Shown: positions 18,895-29,569 of the stretch, one piece after another
How the letters are laid out: each line of letters begins with the position of its first letter
Position numbering within the stretch: position 1 is the stretch's first letter
Program-made: the position numbers and the translations under genes
The notes under the pieces: generated by a model
The model's input: the letters and a program-made list of their open reading frames with translations, nothing else
What the model was told of the DNA's origin: nothing
Database searches by the model: none
IMG/VR virus record: IMGVR_UViG_3300015615_000629
Span: 496,711 to 560,710 of that record
DNA: 64,000 nt
Source of the DNA: a virus
Lineage: Duplodnaviria; Heunggongvirae; Uroviricota; Caudoviricetes
Strand: one strand, 5' to 3'

Positions 18895-20472
18895 TTAATT
18901 ATAAAGGAAATTAATTTCTATTGAGTCTGGACGGATAATTTCAAAAAACCTAGTAGTTATTATACTGCCGGAGTTATCGGGATCGTTAGTAGTGAAGTTC
19001 ATATCTACACTACTAATTTGCTTGATGGAAGCAAGCATTTTAATTAAATCGGCTTCTTTAAGACTCTTCCCGTAATCCCAATTATTCAAGGAAAAGAACG
19101 AATTTACAACACTTGTTACATTTACTCGTATTTCTGGCTCGAATTTTCTATAGGATTTATCCAAAGTTATATCAATGGCAGTATCAACATCGATAATAAT
19201 TCCATCTCTGATGCAAACAAAATCAGTCAACATCTTCTTTTGATTTAATTCTTCAATTAAAGCCACCTTTAAATCATTGGTTGCTGGCTCTAATTCATCT
19301 GTATTCGCTACTGCCAAGATATAAATATCTACAATATTTCCCGCACAGCCATGATTTCTCAAGACTGCATTGGCTTTGCCAATTTGGCCCTGATAAGGTG
19401 TGGCAAATTGTTCGCATAATGTCTTATAATCCGTACCTGTTACGGCTCTATCTTGCGTCTTTAACCAAGCTGGCAATTTGCGACGAATATCATCAATGGT
19501 ATCTCCATCATAACCGAACTCGCCCCTAGTATAGTTCTGAAAAGTAACTGGAACACTATAACTTAATCCAGGCACAAACACTTGTTGTTGTAATTGAACG
19601 AAGCCGCTAACAATATTTCCTATTACTCCACCACCAACTCGATAAGTAACGTTAATTGTTGAGCCATTAGATGGAATTAAACCAGCTCTGTTGTTTCCAA
19701 AAATTACAAACCCCCTGTTTTGAGAGTCTATTTCTGTTCTGAATTCTCGTCTCGGCTGGGAATCAGTGAAATAAAACACTTCTTCCCAAGTTACACCGTC
19801 AACCTGAATTCGAATTGAATCAAATATTACAGGAGAAAACCCTAATTGTAATGTTTGTCCCGTCTCTCCTGTTCCAGAAAACTGCTCTGTAATTGTTCTG
19901 CCTTCTAATCCTACGATGTTTTGGTTTACATCCTTACCAGCAGGGATAATTATGTTTTGATCAAATATCGGATTAAAATCACTATCTGCTGGATATAATT
20001 CTATTTTTATTGGGGTTCCATCTGTAACCACATCCATTTGCAAAGGCGTCGGCACCTCTATGTCAGAAAGAAGAGGGTTGTTAATAGTGGCACTCCACTT
20101 GGTTCGGGCTGCAATTGGTGGAGTTGGTCTAAAACCAACCAAATTAGCAATTCTAAAAGCATTTTCACGTTCGGTTACTGTGTCGATATAGATTTCATTT
20201 ATATTCTGATCTATCTTAAAAGATAACGTATCTCCAATAAAGGCAAATACTTCAACCATCATGATTGCAATTGAAGACTCAACAAAATCATTAAATGTAT
20301 TGGGTATTTCTGTACCGTTGGGGCCGAATCTAGCCTTGATGAAATCAATCAATCTGGACTTCATAGACCAGAAGTTTTGATTTGTGTAATTTAAATTTAT
20401 GATTGGTGGATTCTTCTGTTCAGCCGATTGGGCGAACGGAGAAACATCAAAAGGACAGTTATCAGCCATCAT
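18895..20472 (-). CDS. baseplate wedge subunit (T4 gp6 / baseplate J-like)
   Basis: NDFVESS.....E..A..GD.LSF; FGNNRAGLIP; YRVGGGVIGN; QDRAVTGTDY. Confidence 0.9.
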   Translation of the reverse strand: MMADNCPFDVSPFAQSAEQKNPPIINLNYTNQNFWSMKSRLIDFIKARFGPNGTEIPNTFNDFVESSIAIMMVEVFAFIGDTLSFKIDQNINEIYIDTVTERENAFRIANLVGFRPTPPIAARTKWSATINNPLLSDIEVPTPLQMDVVTDGTPIKIELYPADSDFNPIFDQNIIIPAGKDVNQNIVGLEGRTITEQFSGTGETGQTLQLGFSPVIFDSIRIQVDGVTWEEVFYFTDSQPRREFRTEIDSQNRGFVIFGNNRAGLIPSNGSTINVTYRVGGGVIGNIVSGFVQLQQQVFVPGLSYSVPVTFQNYTRGEFGYDGDTIDDIRRKLPAWLKTQDRAVTGTDYKTLCEQFATPYQGQIGKANAVLRNHGCAGNIVDIYILAVANTDELEPATNDLKVALIEELNQKKMLTDFVCIRDGIIIDVDTAIDITLDKSYRKFEPEIRVNVTSVVNSFFSLNNWDYGKSLKEADLIKMLASIKQISSVDMNFTTNDPDNSGSIITTRFFEIIRPDSIEINFLYN

Positions 20473-20476
20473 GCTC

Positions 20477-20890
20477 CTATGACAATGGTACTTGAAGTTT
20501 CAATTCTTCTACTTCATCTATGTTGTTTGGGTCGAAAAATCTTATAACAATACTCAAAATATGGGGAACTTCATCAAGGGTATCGGAAGGGTCTAACGAC
20601 TTTTCATCAATGTTATTAGAGACTAAAATATCCTGAATTTGCACCCTTGGCTCCCATTTTCTTATACTTTCTGCTATCATTTGTCTTGTTTGGTTGATGA
20701 TCATAGGATCATTTGGTTCAAAAACCAGTTTTCTTAAAGGAGTTCCAAAATCTGGCAACATTACCCTTTCGCCTGGATTGGTTAATAAAAGCACCAATAA
20801 ATCGGATTTTATTTGGTCTAATCCAGACTGAGAGTGGAAAAATCCTAAAGGATGCTTCGTAATTGGGTATGCTAATCCTATAAATGCCAT
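20477..20890 (-). CDS. baseplate wedge subunit, gp25/gpW-like
   Basis: LLLTNPGERVMLPDFGTPLRKLVFEP ... IRKWEPRV is the gp25 signature. Confidence 0.92.
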   Translation of the reverse strand: MAFIGLAYPITKHPLGFFHSQSGLDQIKSDLLVLLLTNPGERVMLPDFGTPLRKLVFEPNDPMIINQTRQMIAESIRKWEPRVQIQDILVSNNIDEKSLDPSDTLDEVPHILSIVIRFFDPNNIDEVEELKLQVPLS

Positions 20891-20898
20891 TTTTTCCT

Positions 20899-22884
20899 TT
20901 AACTGCAGTTATCAAACGGAGAACACTGGAAGAATGGTAGTAATTGTTCAATAGACGCACACTGAGCATTGGGCGAAGTTGAGACAAACACCCTATCGCT
21001 AATCATTATTCCTCCATTTGGAGCAAGACAAAGAACCGGAGCAATACATGGCACACATGGATCGCCTGGCTGTCTGTTTAAAGGTGTGCAATCCTGTCCT
21101 GCCATAAGTAATATTACCTTCTTAGCAAAAAACGCCTGTGTGTCTGCTACATTAAAATAAAATCCAGTTGTATCGTGATAACAATCTTTTGTAACGAACA
21201 CCAATTGGCTAGAAGGATTCTTTTCCTTATCTCCTACAATGGTCATGTGTTGATCATACGTAAAACATATATAATCTCCACCAGCCATAAGAAATACTTG
21301 CCCTGGCCCTTCTGCACGCTCCTGCATTCTTAAAATATGTGGCCCACGCTCTTTATTGTCCTTCTGCGGTGCCTTGATTTGTATTGCCTGATTTTGCGTC
21401 TCTTGCTGAGAATTGCTATCGGCAAACAACATTTCCAAACCATAACCGCTTCTTATAGCAATAAATGCTTTTTTAGCCTTATTTACAGGCTGTCCGTCAC
21501 CCTTCCTGCAAGGAGAACACTGCTCATTCCCCTCATCGATCATTTCAATAATATGTTTAGAGGTACTTTCAATAGTAACTCCACGACGATTTCCTGCCAC
21601 ATTAGGCGGACATTCTGTACAATCTCCTTGTCCAACCGTATGATCGTTTAATGTAATTCTATTACCATTGGCAGAAAAGATTTGAACCCCATTATCTTCG
21701 CCACGTAATCCGGACTCTTCCTCTACGTCATTTTGAATAATTCCATGTCCACCATGAGAAATCCACCAAGTTTTACCCGTATACTTGTTGGTACAACCAT
21801 AATCAAAAGGGTCTATACTCTTTTCCCAACTAGGAACTCCTCGTGGCTGTTCTACAGCGTCAGACATGCCAAAAGAATGTCCAGACAAAGAAAGAATTTG
21901 TATGCCTGTTTGGGGCAAATCTATCTTGTTGTTTTGCGGTGTTCCTGGCCCTTTGTATGGCCTACATTCATTTTGATGTTTAAAATAAAGATTAGAATCT
22001 TCAGTTGGCGTAACGCAATCGGTTTGTTCAATGGGATTGCCGGAACTATCGGTACAAGCCCCTCTTGGGGATTTGTTTACACAAGATGGATGTGCCCAAG
22101 AACCAGATTTATGGAAAGGATCGTCTTTTAAAATAATCAAATTTCCACAACTCGACAGAATTTCAAGTCGTTTATCGCGATAATTACACTTTGGATCGCC
22201 GTCAACACGCTTAATGGTGTGTTTCTGTGGCGTAACTTCGCCATAGATATTAGGTGTAGTAATCTTACGTTGGGCATCTGGATCGTTTTCAAAATCCGCT
22301 ATGGAATCAATATCAAATCCATTATAATTTTCTGTGTTCCAAGGAGGAAGAACTTGTGAGCCGTCGTTTTTGCCAACTAAATAACCTTTTCTGTGTCCTT
22401 CGTGAATTCTGTAATATTCATCTATATTGTAGCCCCAATTATGTTGTCCATCAGGGCCACGATTTCTGTGCCATGTGCCGCCAATATAGTAGGGGGCTTT
22501 TCTATTGCCGTTTTCAAATAAAATACACACAGTAGAGCCAGCAGGAGGAACCCAAGAGGCCCCTTCCCCATCTAAGGCACCAAAGGGACTTACAGGAAAA
22601 GCCCAAGGCAATGCTTTTATTGGAGTCTCTGGTTTGTGAAATAAAGGATTGTAGAATCTAATTCTACCCATCTTCCAAGGATCAACCGTATCTACACAGA
22701 GAGCGGTCATCATGCCAAACTGAGTTTCAGCTTGCGGCTGTATTTTCCAGCGTTTCTTCACCTCGGATTGTACCAAAGCCCGCATGTCGTAACCAAGTTC
22801 TCGAAAGCGTTCTTCAATAGATTCTATTCTTTTACTTATTTCGTAATTTTCATCATTCATTTTTATGCGTTTTCCACTTGCCAT
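20899..22884 (-). CDS. baseplate central spike, gp5/VgrG-like, Cys-rich
   Basis: OB-fold motifs DPWKMGRIRF, LPWA.PV, WVPPAGSTVCILFENG...PYYIG; repeated IxSxxGHxIxLxD units; start may be ATG 22860. Confidence 0.8.
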   Translation of the reverse strand: MASGKRIKMNDENYEISKRIESIEERFRELGYDMRALVQSEVKKRWKIQPQAETQFGMMTALCVDTVDPWKMGRIRFYNPLFHKPETPIKALPWAFPVSPFGALDGEGASWVPPAGSTVCILFENGNRKAPYYIGGTWHRNRGPDGQHNWGYNIDEYYRIHEGHRKGYLVGKNDGSQVLPPWNTENYNGFDIDSIADFENDPDAQRKITTPNIYGEVTPQKHTIKRVDGDPKCNYRDKRLEILSSCGNLIILKDDPFHKSGSWAHPSCVNKSPRGACTDSSGNPIEQTDCVTPTEDSNLYFKHQNECRPYKGPGTPQNNKIDLPQTGIQILSLSGHSFGMSDAVEQPRGVPSWEKSIDPFDYGCTNKYTGKTWWISHGGHGIIQNDVEEESGLRGEDNGVQIFSANGNRITLNDHTVGQGDCTECPPNVAGNRRGVTIESTSKHIIEMIDEGNEQCSPCRKGDGQPVNKAKKAFIAIRSGYGLEMLFADSNSQQETQNQAIQIKAPQKDNKERGPHILRMQERAEGPGQVFLMAGGDYICFTYDQHMTIVGDKEKNPSSQLVFVTKDCYHDTTGFYFNVADTQAFFAKKVILLMAGQDCTPLNRQPGDPCVPCIAPVLCLAPNGGIMISDRVFVSTSPNAQCASIEQLLPFFQCSPFDNCS

Positions 22885-24314
22885 CCTCCGGAACCGTTTC
22901 CTCCTGCCGGCCCATCGGTGAAATCCAAGCCAGGGACGGCTAGGAATAACTTTAATGTAGTATTATATGATCCCTCTCTAATAGAATGATCTACGCCTTT
23001 TATCATCCAATATTTATTACTTAAAATATCTTGACATAGTGGATTAGCAATCCATTCTCCGCAACCATTCCCCCCAGACAGATAAAATGGATTAATTACC
23101 ACCACCGAAGCGAATCTTCCTAAGATTGCTCTAGAATTACATAAATCATTAGAAGGATCACCTTGAATTCGTAATTCTGCTTCTATTGGTTCTAGCCCAA
23201 ACGTTGATCGTTTGTTGGCCTTCATGTGCTTGTCTTCTGCCTTATTGGTGTTTTTGGCAGCATTTTGCATTCCATCTGCATCAATTGACTGTCTACTTAC
23301 AGTTGGAACTCTTTGAATACCTGTTTCTCTGGTTTGAACATCACAATCTTTTTCTTTTTTGACGGTTTCGCCAGATGTTGAACCTGCTGTATTGGCCGCA
23401 GTGGTAAGAGCAGCTGCTGCAGCAATCCAGTTAATCCTTGGAGTAAAACTTAAAACATTACTACACTTGCCAGCATTTACCAACCATGTTCCTATAATTA
23501 ACTTGTCCATTGTAGTTTGATTGCAATCAGGTGTTGGATCTTCCCATAAAAGCAATTTGTTGTTTTCAGAATCCCAAGTGGCTGTAATGCCCTTATCTAA
23601 CTCTGTGGTAAAAGAAGATACCCAAGATTGAATTGTGGCTAATTTATTTTGGTTGTCAGAATTATAGACTGTATATGGCCCATCCTTCCCATATCTTGAA
23701 TGGAAATTCCAGCCATCTTTATTTATTTCTCCATTGCTTTCTAATCTTACATATTCAACTGAAAATTTTGGCTCAGTTTCTTCTGACAATCTCTTAATCG
23801 CCTGCTTTAAAGGAATCGGCTTGTCATCCGTACCAAATGTATCATCGCTCCTAGTCACAAATACTGACTGAATCATATCCGAACCAGTTATCATAAATCT
23901 AATCTTCCCTTCAGAAATATCCACTTCAATATTCATTGGAAGAAAAGTTAAAGTAGGTGAAGAAAGCCTAGCGGGAGCCCCTGTACACGTTAAATAAACC
24001 CATCCAAAGCGAACTTGCATTCCATACTCTTCAGATGTTCTTTTTATATTTTTATTTAATTTATTCGCAAATTTGGAAAAATCTCCACCTTCTTGATCAA
24101 TTATCTCAACTTTACAACCATGACCATTAGAGAAGCCGTATTCGAAGCTTTTAATCACAGCAAGATTTTTGTTATTGGGGGAAGACTGATTACCAACGGT
24201 AATTTTGTCGCCGGCAAGAAAACTTACTTCAACCCAAGGAGATAAGCTATTAGCTGTGATCGGAACTCTTATATTTCCGTTCGAAGCAGCGGCACATCCT
24301 ACTAAACAATCCAT
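22863..24314 (-). CDS. baseplate hub protein (gp27/GpD-like)
   Basis: Position between gp53-like and gp5-like genes; AELRIQGDP and WMIKGVDHSI...YNTTLKL hub motifs. Confidence 0.7.
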   Translation of the reverse strand: MDCLVGCAAASNGNIRVPITANSLSPWVEVSFLAGDKITVGNQSSPNNKNLAVIKSFEYGFSNGHGCKVEIIDQEGGDFSKFANKLNKNIKRTSEEYGMQVRFGWVYLTCTGAPARLSSPTLTFLPMNIEVDISEGKIRFMITGSDMIQSVFVTRSDDTFGTDDKPIPLKQAIKRLSEETEPKFSVEYVRLESNGEINKDGWNFHSRYGKDGPYTVYNSDNQNKLATIQSWVSSFTTELDKGITATWDSENNKLLLWEDPTPDCNQTTMDKLIIGTWLVNAGKCSNVLSFTPRINWIAAAAALTTAANTAGSTSGETVKKEKDCDVQTRETGIQRVPTVSRQSIDADGMQNAAKNTNKAEDKHMKANKRSTFGLEPIEAELRIQGDPSNDLCNSRAILGRFASVVVINPFYLSGGNGCGEWIANPLCQDILSNKYWMIKGVDHSIREGSYNTTLKLFLAVPGLDFTDGPAGGNGSGGWQVENA

Positions 24315-24325
24315 TTAACTCCTTA

Positions 24326-24652
24326 TTATAAGTAGATGTTGCCGGGCAAACGAATGGTCAAACCAGCCTTAAAATCAAAAACATCCTTAATGTTGTTGGC
24401 TTCCATAATACGCCACCAAAAATCAGGAGCACCATATGCCTGATTGGATACCAAATCTGGCCTGTATTCCCAGTTGCCAGGAATTACAGCAAATCTATCG
24501 GCGCCCGAAGAAGGATATTTATGCTTTTTATAAGTAGTAAAAGTAAGCAGATGATTGTCTCCCCAGTACATAACCGTAGAATCAGCGTATCTGCTTAAAG
24601 CATCTACAAATTTTCTAGGATTTATATTAGTAAATTCTACTTTTACTGCCAT
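24326..24652 (-). CDS. baseplate wedge gp53/LysM (tail X)-like protein
   Basis: RPDLVSNQAYGAPDFWWRIMEANNI...GLTIRLP. Confidence 0.85.
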   Translation of the reverse strand: MAVKVEFTNINPRKFVDALSRYADSTVMYWGDNHLLTFTTYKKHKYPSSGADRFAVIPGNWEYRPDLVSNQAYGAPDFWWRIMEANNIKDVFDFKAGLTIRLPGNIYL

Positions 24653-25189
24653 TTATCCACCTAATTGTAATATTCTTTCTTGTCCTGGCAAATCGTCGGA
24701 ACTATATACGGCTTCCCAACTTGTGTCTACATCAAACTTATAAGGAAGGTATGTGTTCTCGTCCCAGGGAACGTCAGTAGGAAACCTTACACTATAAGAG
24801 CGTAAAATTGCACAAATTTCACCGGAAGACAACAAACTTCCACAACGAAGTCTGCAAACTGGTGGCGGTTCAAAAGGAGCACCACTAGAAGTCTGATCTT
24901 GAGGATAAGCCACACTCTGTAAGGCTCTTAAATCATCTATATTTTGCAAAATATCTTCTGTTGTAATAACATAAAAATGAAATTGAAGAGAAAATGCTCT
25001 GTTTTCAGAATGCGAGAATGTTTTAATTGGAAACGAACGTCCAATTACTGGCTCGTCATTATAAGAAGCACTTTTCGAATCGCTTAAATCAGGAAGTGAT
25101 TTTGGATAAATCAAACCATATCCTGGGACAGATACGTAACAATCTGATAAAGGTTGTAATTTACCTCCTGGTAGACTTGTTTTTGGCAT
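24653..25189 (-). CDS. tail tube initiator (gp48/gp54-like)
   Basis: LRALQSVAYP, PPPVCRLRCG, LRSYSVRF; immediately after the tape measure gene. Confidence 0.75.
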   Translation of the reverse strand: MPKTSLPGGKLQPLSDCYVSVPGYGLIYPKSLPDLSDSKSASYNDEPVIGRSFPIKTFSHSENRAFSLQFHFYVITTEDILQNIDDLRALQSVAYPQDQTSSGAPFEPPPVCRLRCGSLLSSGEICAILRSYSVRFPTDVPWDENTYLPYKFDVDTSWEAVYSSDDLPGQERILQLGG

Positions 25190-28100
25190 TAGCTAACCCC
25201 ATCGTCGATTACTTGTGTGCTTGAACCGGTATTGTATTTCGACAATTGCCATGTGTAGAAGTTCGGAGAACTCTTTGGTTTTACATTACTTCTTGTCGAA
25301 ACCTGCTTGCCTTTGCCTCCTCCAGCTAAAGCAGCAATATTGGCATCAATCCTATTTAAAATAACTACCTGTTCTTTGCTTGCATTGGCAATAGTTTGCA
25401 ATTCAGCCATGCTAGTATTACCAGAAGCAGTTATCTTACTGGCCATTCTATGCTGAATTCGGTCGTGGACGTTGTGCAATGCCATTGGTTGAGCCGCTGC
25501 TGCTCTTAATTTATCCTCACCAGTTGGGCCATTTAATCCACTAAATTGTTGTTTTGCAGCATGGGTTTTAATTGGTGTGTTCGATGACTTTGCAGAAACT
25601 CCCGCAGTTTCAATAGATTTTGCCGTTGTTTCGCTTTCATCGTCACCAAACCAATCAAACCATCCTTTAACTTTATCAACCATTCCCTTCACTGCATCAA
25701 CTATACTTCTTATAGCATCTCCAATAAAAGAAATTCCCGCTACTAAAGGTTGTATAAACCAACGTATGAATCCTTCTGCTACTTTTCCTAGAATTTCTAT
25801 TCCCTTGGCCATTGGCAGCAAAGCACCTTTAACAAATGTTCCTATTGCTTTACCAAGCCAAGCCATAATATCGCTAAAACCGCCATTGCCACCAAACAAA
25901 CCAAACAATTCTTTAATTGGAGCAAAAGCTTCTTTTATAGACTTCCAAATTTCTTTAAACGGTTTAATAATCGAGGCTCCTGCTACTTTTATGGACTTCC
26001 AAACTTCTTTCAATCCTTCGAAAACAGGCACAAAGAAAGCCTTCCAGAAAGCCCAAACTCCCTTAAAATATCCACCAATCATATCTAACATTAAACCAAG
26101 CCCAGATAGTTTCCAAGCAAAATGAATAAATTTAGAAAGATATTTAGTGGCAACGCCATCTGCACCGAAAACACCTTTAAACAAACCAAAAGTTAAGAAA
26201 TTAACAATCCCCGTTAAAGCACCCGCTGTCCCAGCCGCTGCTTTTTGAGATAAAGTTAATTTGTCTTGTTCGACGCCAAAAATACTTGCCGCATTGGCTG
26301 CTGCTTTAAAGCCACCAACTAAACCACCTATGGCTCCAAGAACTAATGTTAAAGGCAAGGCGACTTTGCTAAGCACTCCACCGGCTACTCTTAAAGCAGC
26401 CATGCCTCCCCTTAATGCCCCGCCACCGGCAATCATTCCTAATTCGCCCGCACCCATAGCGGCCCCGCCAACGGCATTCTTAGAGGCTCTACCAAAGGTT
26501 GCAAGTCTTCCCGCCATTCTTGCTCTGCCACGTTTACGGCCTTTAGCATCGCCGCCAAGCATGCCACCAAATCCGCCGCCGAGATTACTAAGCAAGCTAC
26601 CAGCAGTATTAACTGCCATACTGGCGGCGATAGCCGTTACTTGTGCTAAAATCAATCCGGTTATGCCAAAAATGCCCAATAAAGCACTGACTGCTGGGCC
26701 TGTAAACTTTCTAATAGACTCATTAGTGCGTTCTGTCCAATAAGCGGCTTTAGAAATAGGATCAAGATTCTTACTCTCTTCAGTTCCTATTCTTTGTTGT
26801 TCATCATTCATTTCGGACAATACAGACCTGATTGCCGCTATATCGCCTGAACCAAACGCTTTAGAAATCTGTTTAGAGAAATCTTTCCCACCAGATTGCA
26901 CAAGAGATTTAGCTGTAGAGTTAGCAACAGCTTTCATCATGTCTTTGGGGGAACCAGCAGAAATTCCAAGAGATTCTATTTCTTTTCTCATTTCAGCGAA
27001 CTTGGCAGGGTCTTTAGTCATTGCTTCAAACACGCCTGAAATGTTTTTTATATTTCCGGCTTTTGCTATTTCGGCAAAATTACTTAAAATACCAAAACCA
27101 CCACTCATTTTTGTTTGATTCATTTTCTTGGTAAGTGCAAGGCGTTCTTGTTCGGTCAGATTATTGTTTTCTAATTCCTTTGTAATTTTTGCTATGACTT
27201 CGCCAGAAGTCATTCCGGCTTCTCTAAGTGCATCAACCGTGTGCTTCAATTCACCAATACCTTCTGCTCCAAATGATTGGGCGATTTGGTTTGCTCTCAT
27301 CAATTGAATAGAGGACATTTCGCCAATGCGTTCTAGATCAATACCCATCTGTTTCATAATAGTATCAATACCGGCAGCAGTATCTTTATTACCTTGCTTA
27401 GTGTGAAGTAATGTTCCGCCTTGTAATTTACCAAAATTGCCAGTTATAGCAGCGGCTTGAGAAATTAAAGCAGTTAGTCCGCTATTTGTATTTGCATAGA
27501 ATTTATTACTAGAAGAAGCCAATTCGGCAATCTGTGCGGTGAAATCCTCTACACCGTGCTTTTTAGCCGCTGCCATCAAGCCCACCATGTTTCCAGCAGC
27601 ATCTGCCGTCAAAGTTCCGGCGTGGGCCATGTTTTTAACAAATTTCTCAGACGCTTTAACCGCTTCAATTAAATTGTCGCCAGTAACACCCGTTTGTAGA
27701 GCCACATTACGAACATGTCTGGCAAGTTGAGCCATTTGGAGATTATCCATATGCAGACCCATATGCCAATCAGTAAACGCATCAGAAGTTGATTCTGTGT
27801 CAGAACCTATAGCAGTAGATAGACTTAAAGCAGTTTTTGTAATTGAAAGAGATTCTTTTTGACTAACTATTCCTCGACGTAGATTCTTCAAATAAACTCT
27901 TTGGAATTCGGAAAGATGTACGCCTGTTTGGGCTACCGTTTTACCGATTCTTTGAAATTCATTTTGCAACTGTTCAGTTTCGCCTGTGATGAATTCAGTT
28001 TGATAGGCAATTTGACGCATGTTACGCATAAAACTAATTTCTTCAGCAACCGCACCAGCAAAAAGATGCTGCCAAACGCTAAACCCACCAGTAACAGCAA

Positions 28101-28566
28101 CTACAAGAGCACTCAACTTAGCAGTATTGCGATGTAAGTTATCAAATCCTTTATTTAATTTTTCTACATCTGGGGGTTTTCCTCCACCGCCACCAAATCC
28201 TCCCATAGGCCCTGCTTTGCCTTGAGCAGATTGCAGAGTATGCGTCATTCTTTTAGCAAAAGAATCAAGAAATCCTTCAAGCCTAGCATCTACTACCGCT
28301 ACACCACCTCTTCCTCCACCCTTTTGTCCAAATTCAACCACCTTAATCAGTCTTTTTATTTCTTTGTTAAGTTCCTCGTGTTCATCACTAATATCTTCAA
28401 GAATTTTTTTGCTTTGTTCAAGTAACTTTTCTGATTCATCTGATTTTTTTGTGTAATCTTTCCTGTCACCCAAATCATTACGTTTGATCAGATCGACGAC
28501 CAATCCAATCAATTTTTGGACATCCCCAGATGGGAAATTTATTTCTCTACCTGTGCCATCTTTCAT
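25189..28566 (-). CDS. tail tape measure protein
   Basis: 1125 aa, helical Ala/Gly-rich with hydrophobic stretches and W/F-periodic repeats; canonical position upstream of the tube initiator. Confidence 0.85.
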   Translation of the reverse strand: MKDGTGREINFPSGDVQKLIGLVVDLIKRNDLGDRKDYTKKSDESEKLLEQSKKILEDISDEHEELNKEIKRLIKVVEFGQKGGGRGGVAVVDARLEGFLDSFAKRMTHTLQSAQGKAGPMGGFGGGGGKPPDVEKLNKGFDNLHRNTAKLSALVVAVTGGFSVWQHLFAGAVAEEISFMRNMRQIAYQTEFITGETEQLQNEFQRIGKTVAQTGVHLSEFQRVYLKNLRRGIVSQKESLSITKTALSLSTAIGSDTESTSDAFTDWHMGLHMDNLQMAQLARHVRNVALQTGVTGDNLIEAVKASEKFVKNMAHAGTLTADAAGNMVGLMAAAKKHGVEDFTAQIAELASSSNKFYANTNSGLTALISQAAAITGNFGKLQGGTLLHTKQGNKDTAAGIDTIMKQMGIDLERIGEMSSIQLMRANQIAQSFGAEGIGELKHTVDALREAGMTSGEVIAKITKELENNNLTEQERLALTKKMNQTKMSGGFGILSNFAEIAKAGNIKNISGVFEAMTKDPAKFAEMRKEIESLGISAGSPKDMMKAVANSTAKSLVQSGGKDFSKQISKAFGSGDIAAIRSVLSEMNDEQQRIGTEESKNLDPISKAAYWTERTNESIRKFTGPAVSALLGIFGITGLILAQVTAIAASMAVNTAGSLLSNLGGGFGGMLGGDAKGRKRGRARMAGRLATFGRASKNAVGGAAMGAGELGMIAGGGALRGGMAALRVAGGVLSKVALPLTLVLGAIGGLVGGFKAAANAASIFGVEQDKLTLSQKAAAGTAGALTGIVNFLTFGLFKGVFGADGVATKYLSKFIHFAWKLSGLGLMLDMIGGYFKGVWAFWKAFFVPVFEGLKEVWKSIKVAGASIIKPFKEIWKSIKEAFAPIKELFGLFGGNGGFSDIMAWLGKAIGTFVKGALLPMAKGIEILGKVAEGFIRWFIQPLVAGISFIGDAIRSIVDAVKGMVDKVKGWFDWFGDDESETTAKSIETAGVSAKSSNTPIKTHAAKQQFSGLNGPTGEDKLRAAAAQPMALHNVHDRIQHRMASKITASGNTSMAELQTIANASKEQVVILNRIDANIAALAGGGKGKQVSTRSNVKPKSSPNFYTWQLSKYNTGSSTQVIDDGVS

Positions 28567-29057
28567 GTTTGCTCAATATTTGGAACTGGATTAACCTGCT
28601 GCTGAATCTGCTGCTGAACAGAATCTCTAATTGCTCGAATTTGTGTTGGGTCGAATGAACGAACCGTAGATATAACAGAATTAAGAAAACTACAATCTAA
28701 TTTCTTAACTTGTTGTATTCCGGCCCAACGGTAGGAACGAAACGCTCCTGTTATATAGTTGTCACCACGTATGTTTGCATAACTAAACCCTGTATTTTCA
28801 CAAAACCTACTTAACATATTCTGAATATAATTAAATGTCAGATAATGTAAGTTAACCCCCCTTAACCTCTGTCCTGCCGTCATATCCGTAACAATAACTA
28901 ACGGAAATGGGTCGTTCTTCCAATAACGATACTGAAAAGTAATTAAACTTCCCTTTCCAACAATAGGATTAAACGTGGTTCTCTGCTCAACCGGCTTAAA
29001 CAGTGACGTTATTAGCGGATTTGTGGAAACAGGTATGTTAAGCGGCGGCCTCATCAC
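28563..29057 (-). CDS. DNA end protector protein (T4 gp2-like)
   Basis: GSLITFQY...DPFPLVI...GVNLHYL ... FRSY matches the gp2 family pattern. Confidence 0.7.
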   Translation of the reverse strand: MMRPPLNIPVSTNPLITSLFKPVEQRTTFNPIVGKGSLITFQYRYWKNDPFPLVIVTDMTAGQRLRGVNLHYLTFNYIQNMLSRFCENTGFSYANIRGDNYITGAFRSYRWAGIQQVKKLDCSFLNSVISTVRSFDPTQIRAIRDSVQQQIQQQVNPVPNIEQT

Positions 29058-29569
29058 AATGGCGAAGATGTCCTTGAAGTATAGATTTGATTAGCATAAT
29101 CCGTTCCCGAAGTCGAAGAAGGCGCAACATTATATGGATCCTTATCCACCTGGAACTCTATAGATCTTATATCATCTTCAGCTTCTTGTGTTTTTTCGAA
29201 AAACCTCTTTACTTCTTCTAAAATGTACTTTATAACCCTTTTACCAGCGTCTTCTTCATTAGGTTTCTCTGCAATAAACTCATTGAAAACACTCTCAATG
29301 TCTAAAAGATATGCTTGCCCATAAGGATGAGTATCTGCTTCTTTTTGAACCCGAAAAGCCATTGTATCTCCAATCCTGTAAATCCTTATTCCATCAAAAG
29401 ATAAGGATTTGTTTGTAGTAGGAATAAAGATATAAGGATCAGACTCTTTGATAAAGTCTGTAACGGCTACGTTATTACTTTCAAACACCTTCTTCAAGGT
29501 GTTTAATTGCTTTCTAGCCATTCTTACTTTTTTGTCGATAAAATCGGTAAAACTCTTCATTATTAGCAT
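29054..29569 (-). CDS. hypothetical protein
   Basis: 171-aa ORF in the structural operon; likely start MKSFTDFID. Confidence 0.6.
   Translation of the reverse strand: MLIMKSFTDFIDKKVRMARKQLNTLKKVFESNNVAVTDFIKESDPYIFIPTTNKSLSFDGIRIYRIGDTMAFRVQKEADTHPYGQAYLLDIESVFNEFIAEKPNEEDAGKRVIKYILEEVKRFFEKTQEAEDDIRSIEFQVDKDPYNVAPSSTSGTDYANQIYTSRTSSPL

Noticed and set aside
15348-28566. Bacterial contractile injection system (eCIS/T6SS) rather than phage
   Set aside because: The gp2-like end protector, 1125-aa tape measure, dense ORFans and absence of housekeeping operons fit a large myovirus; sheath and tube genes are simply outside the window
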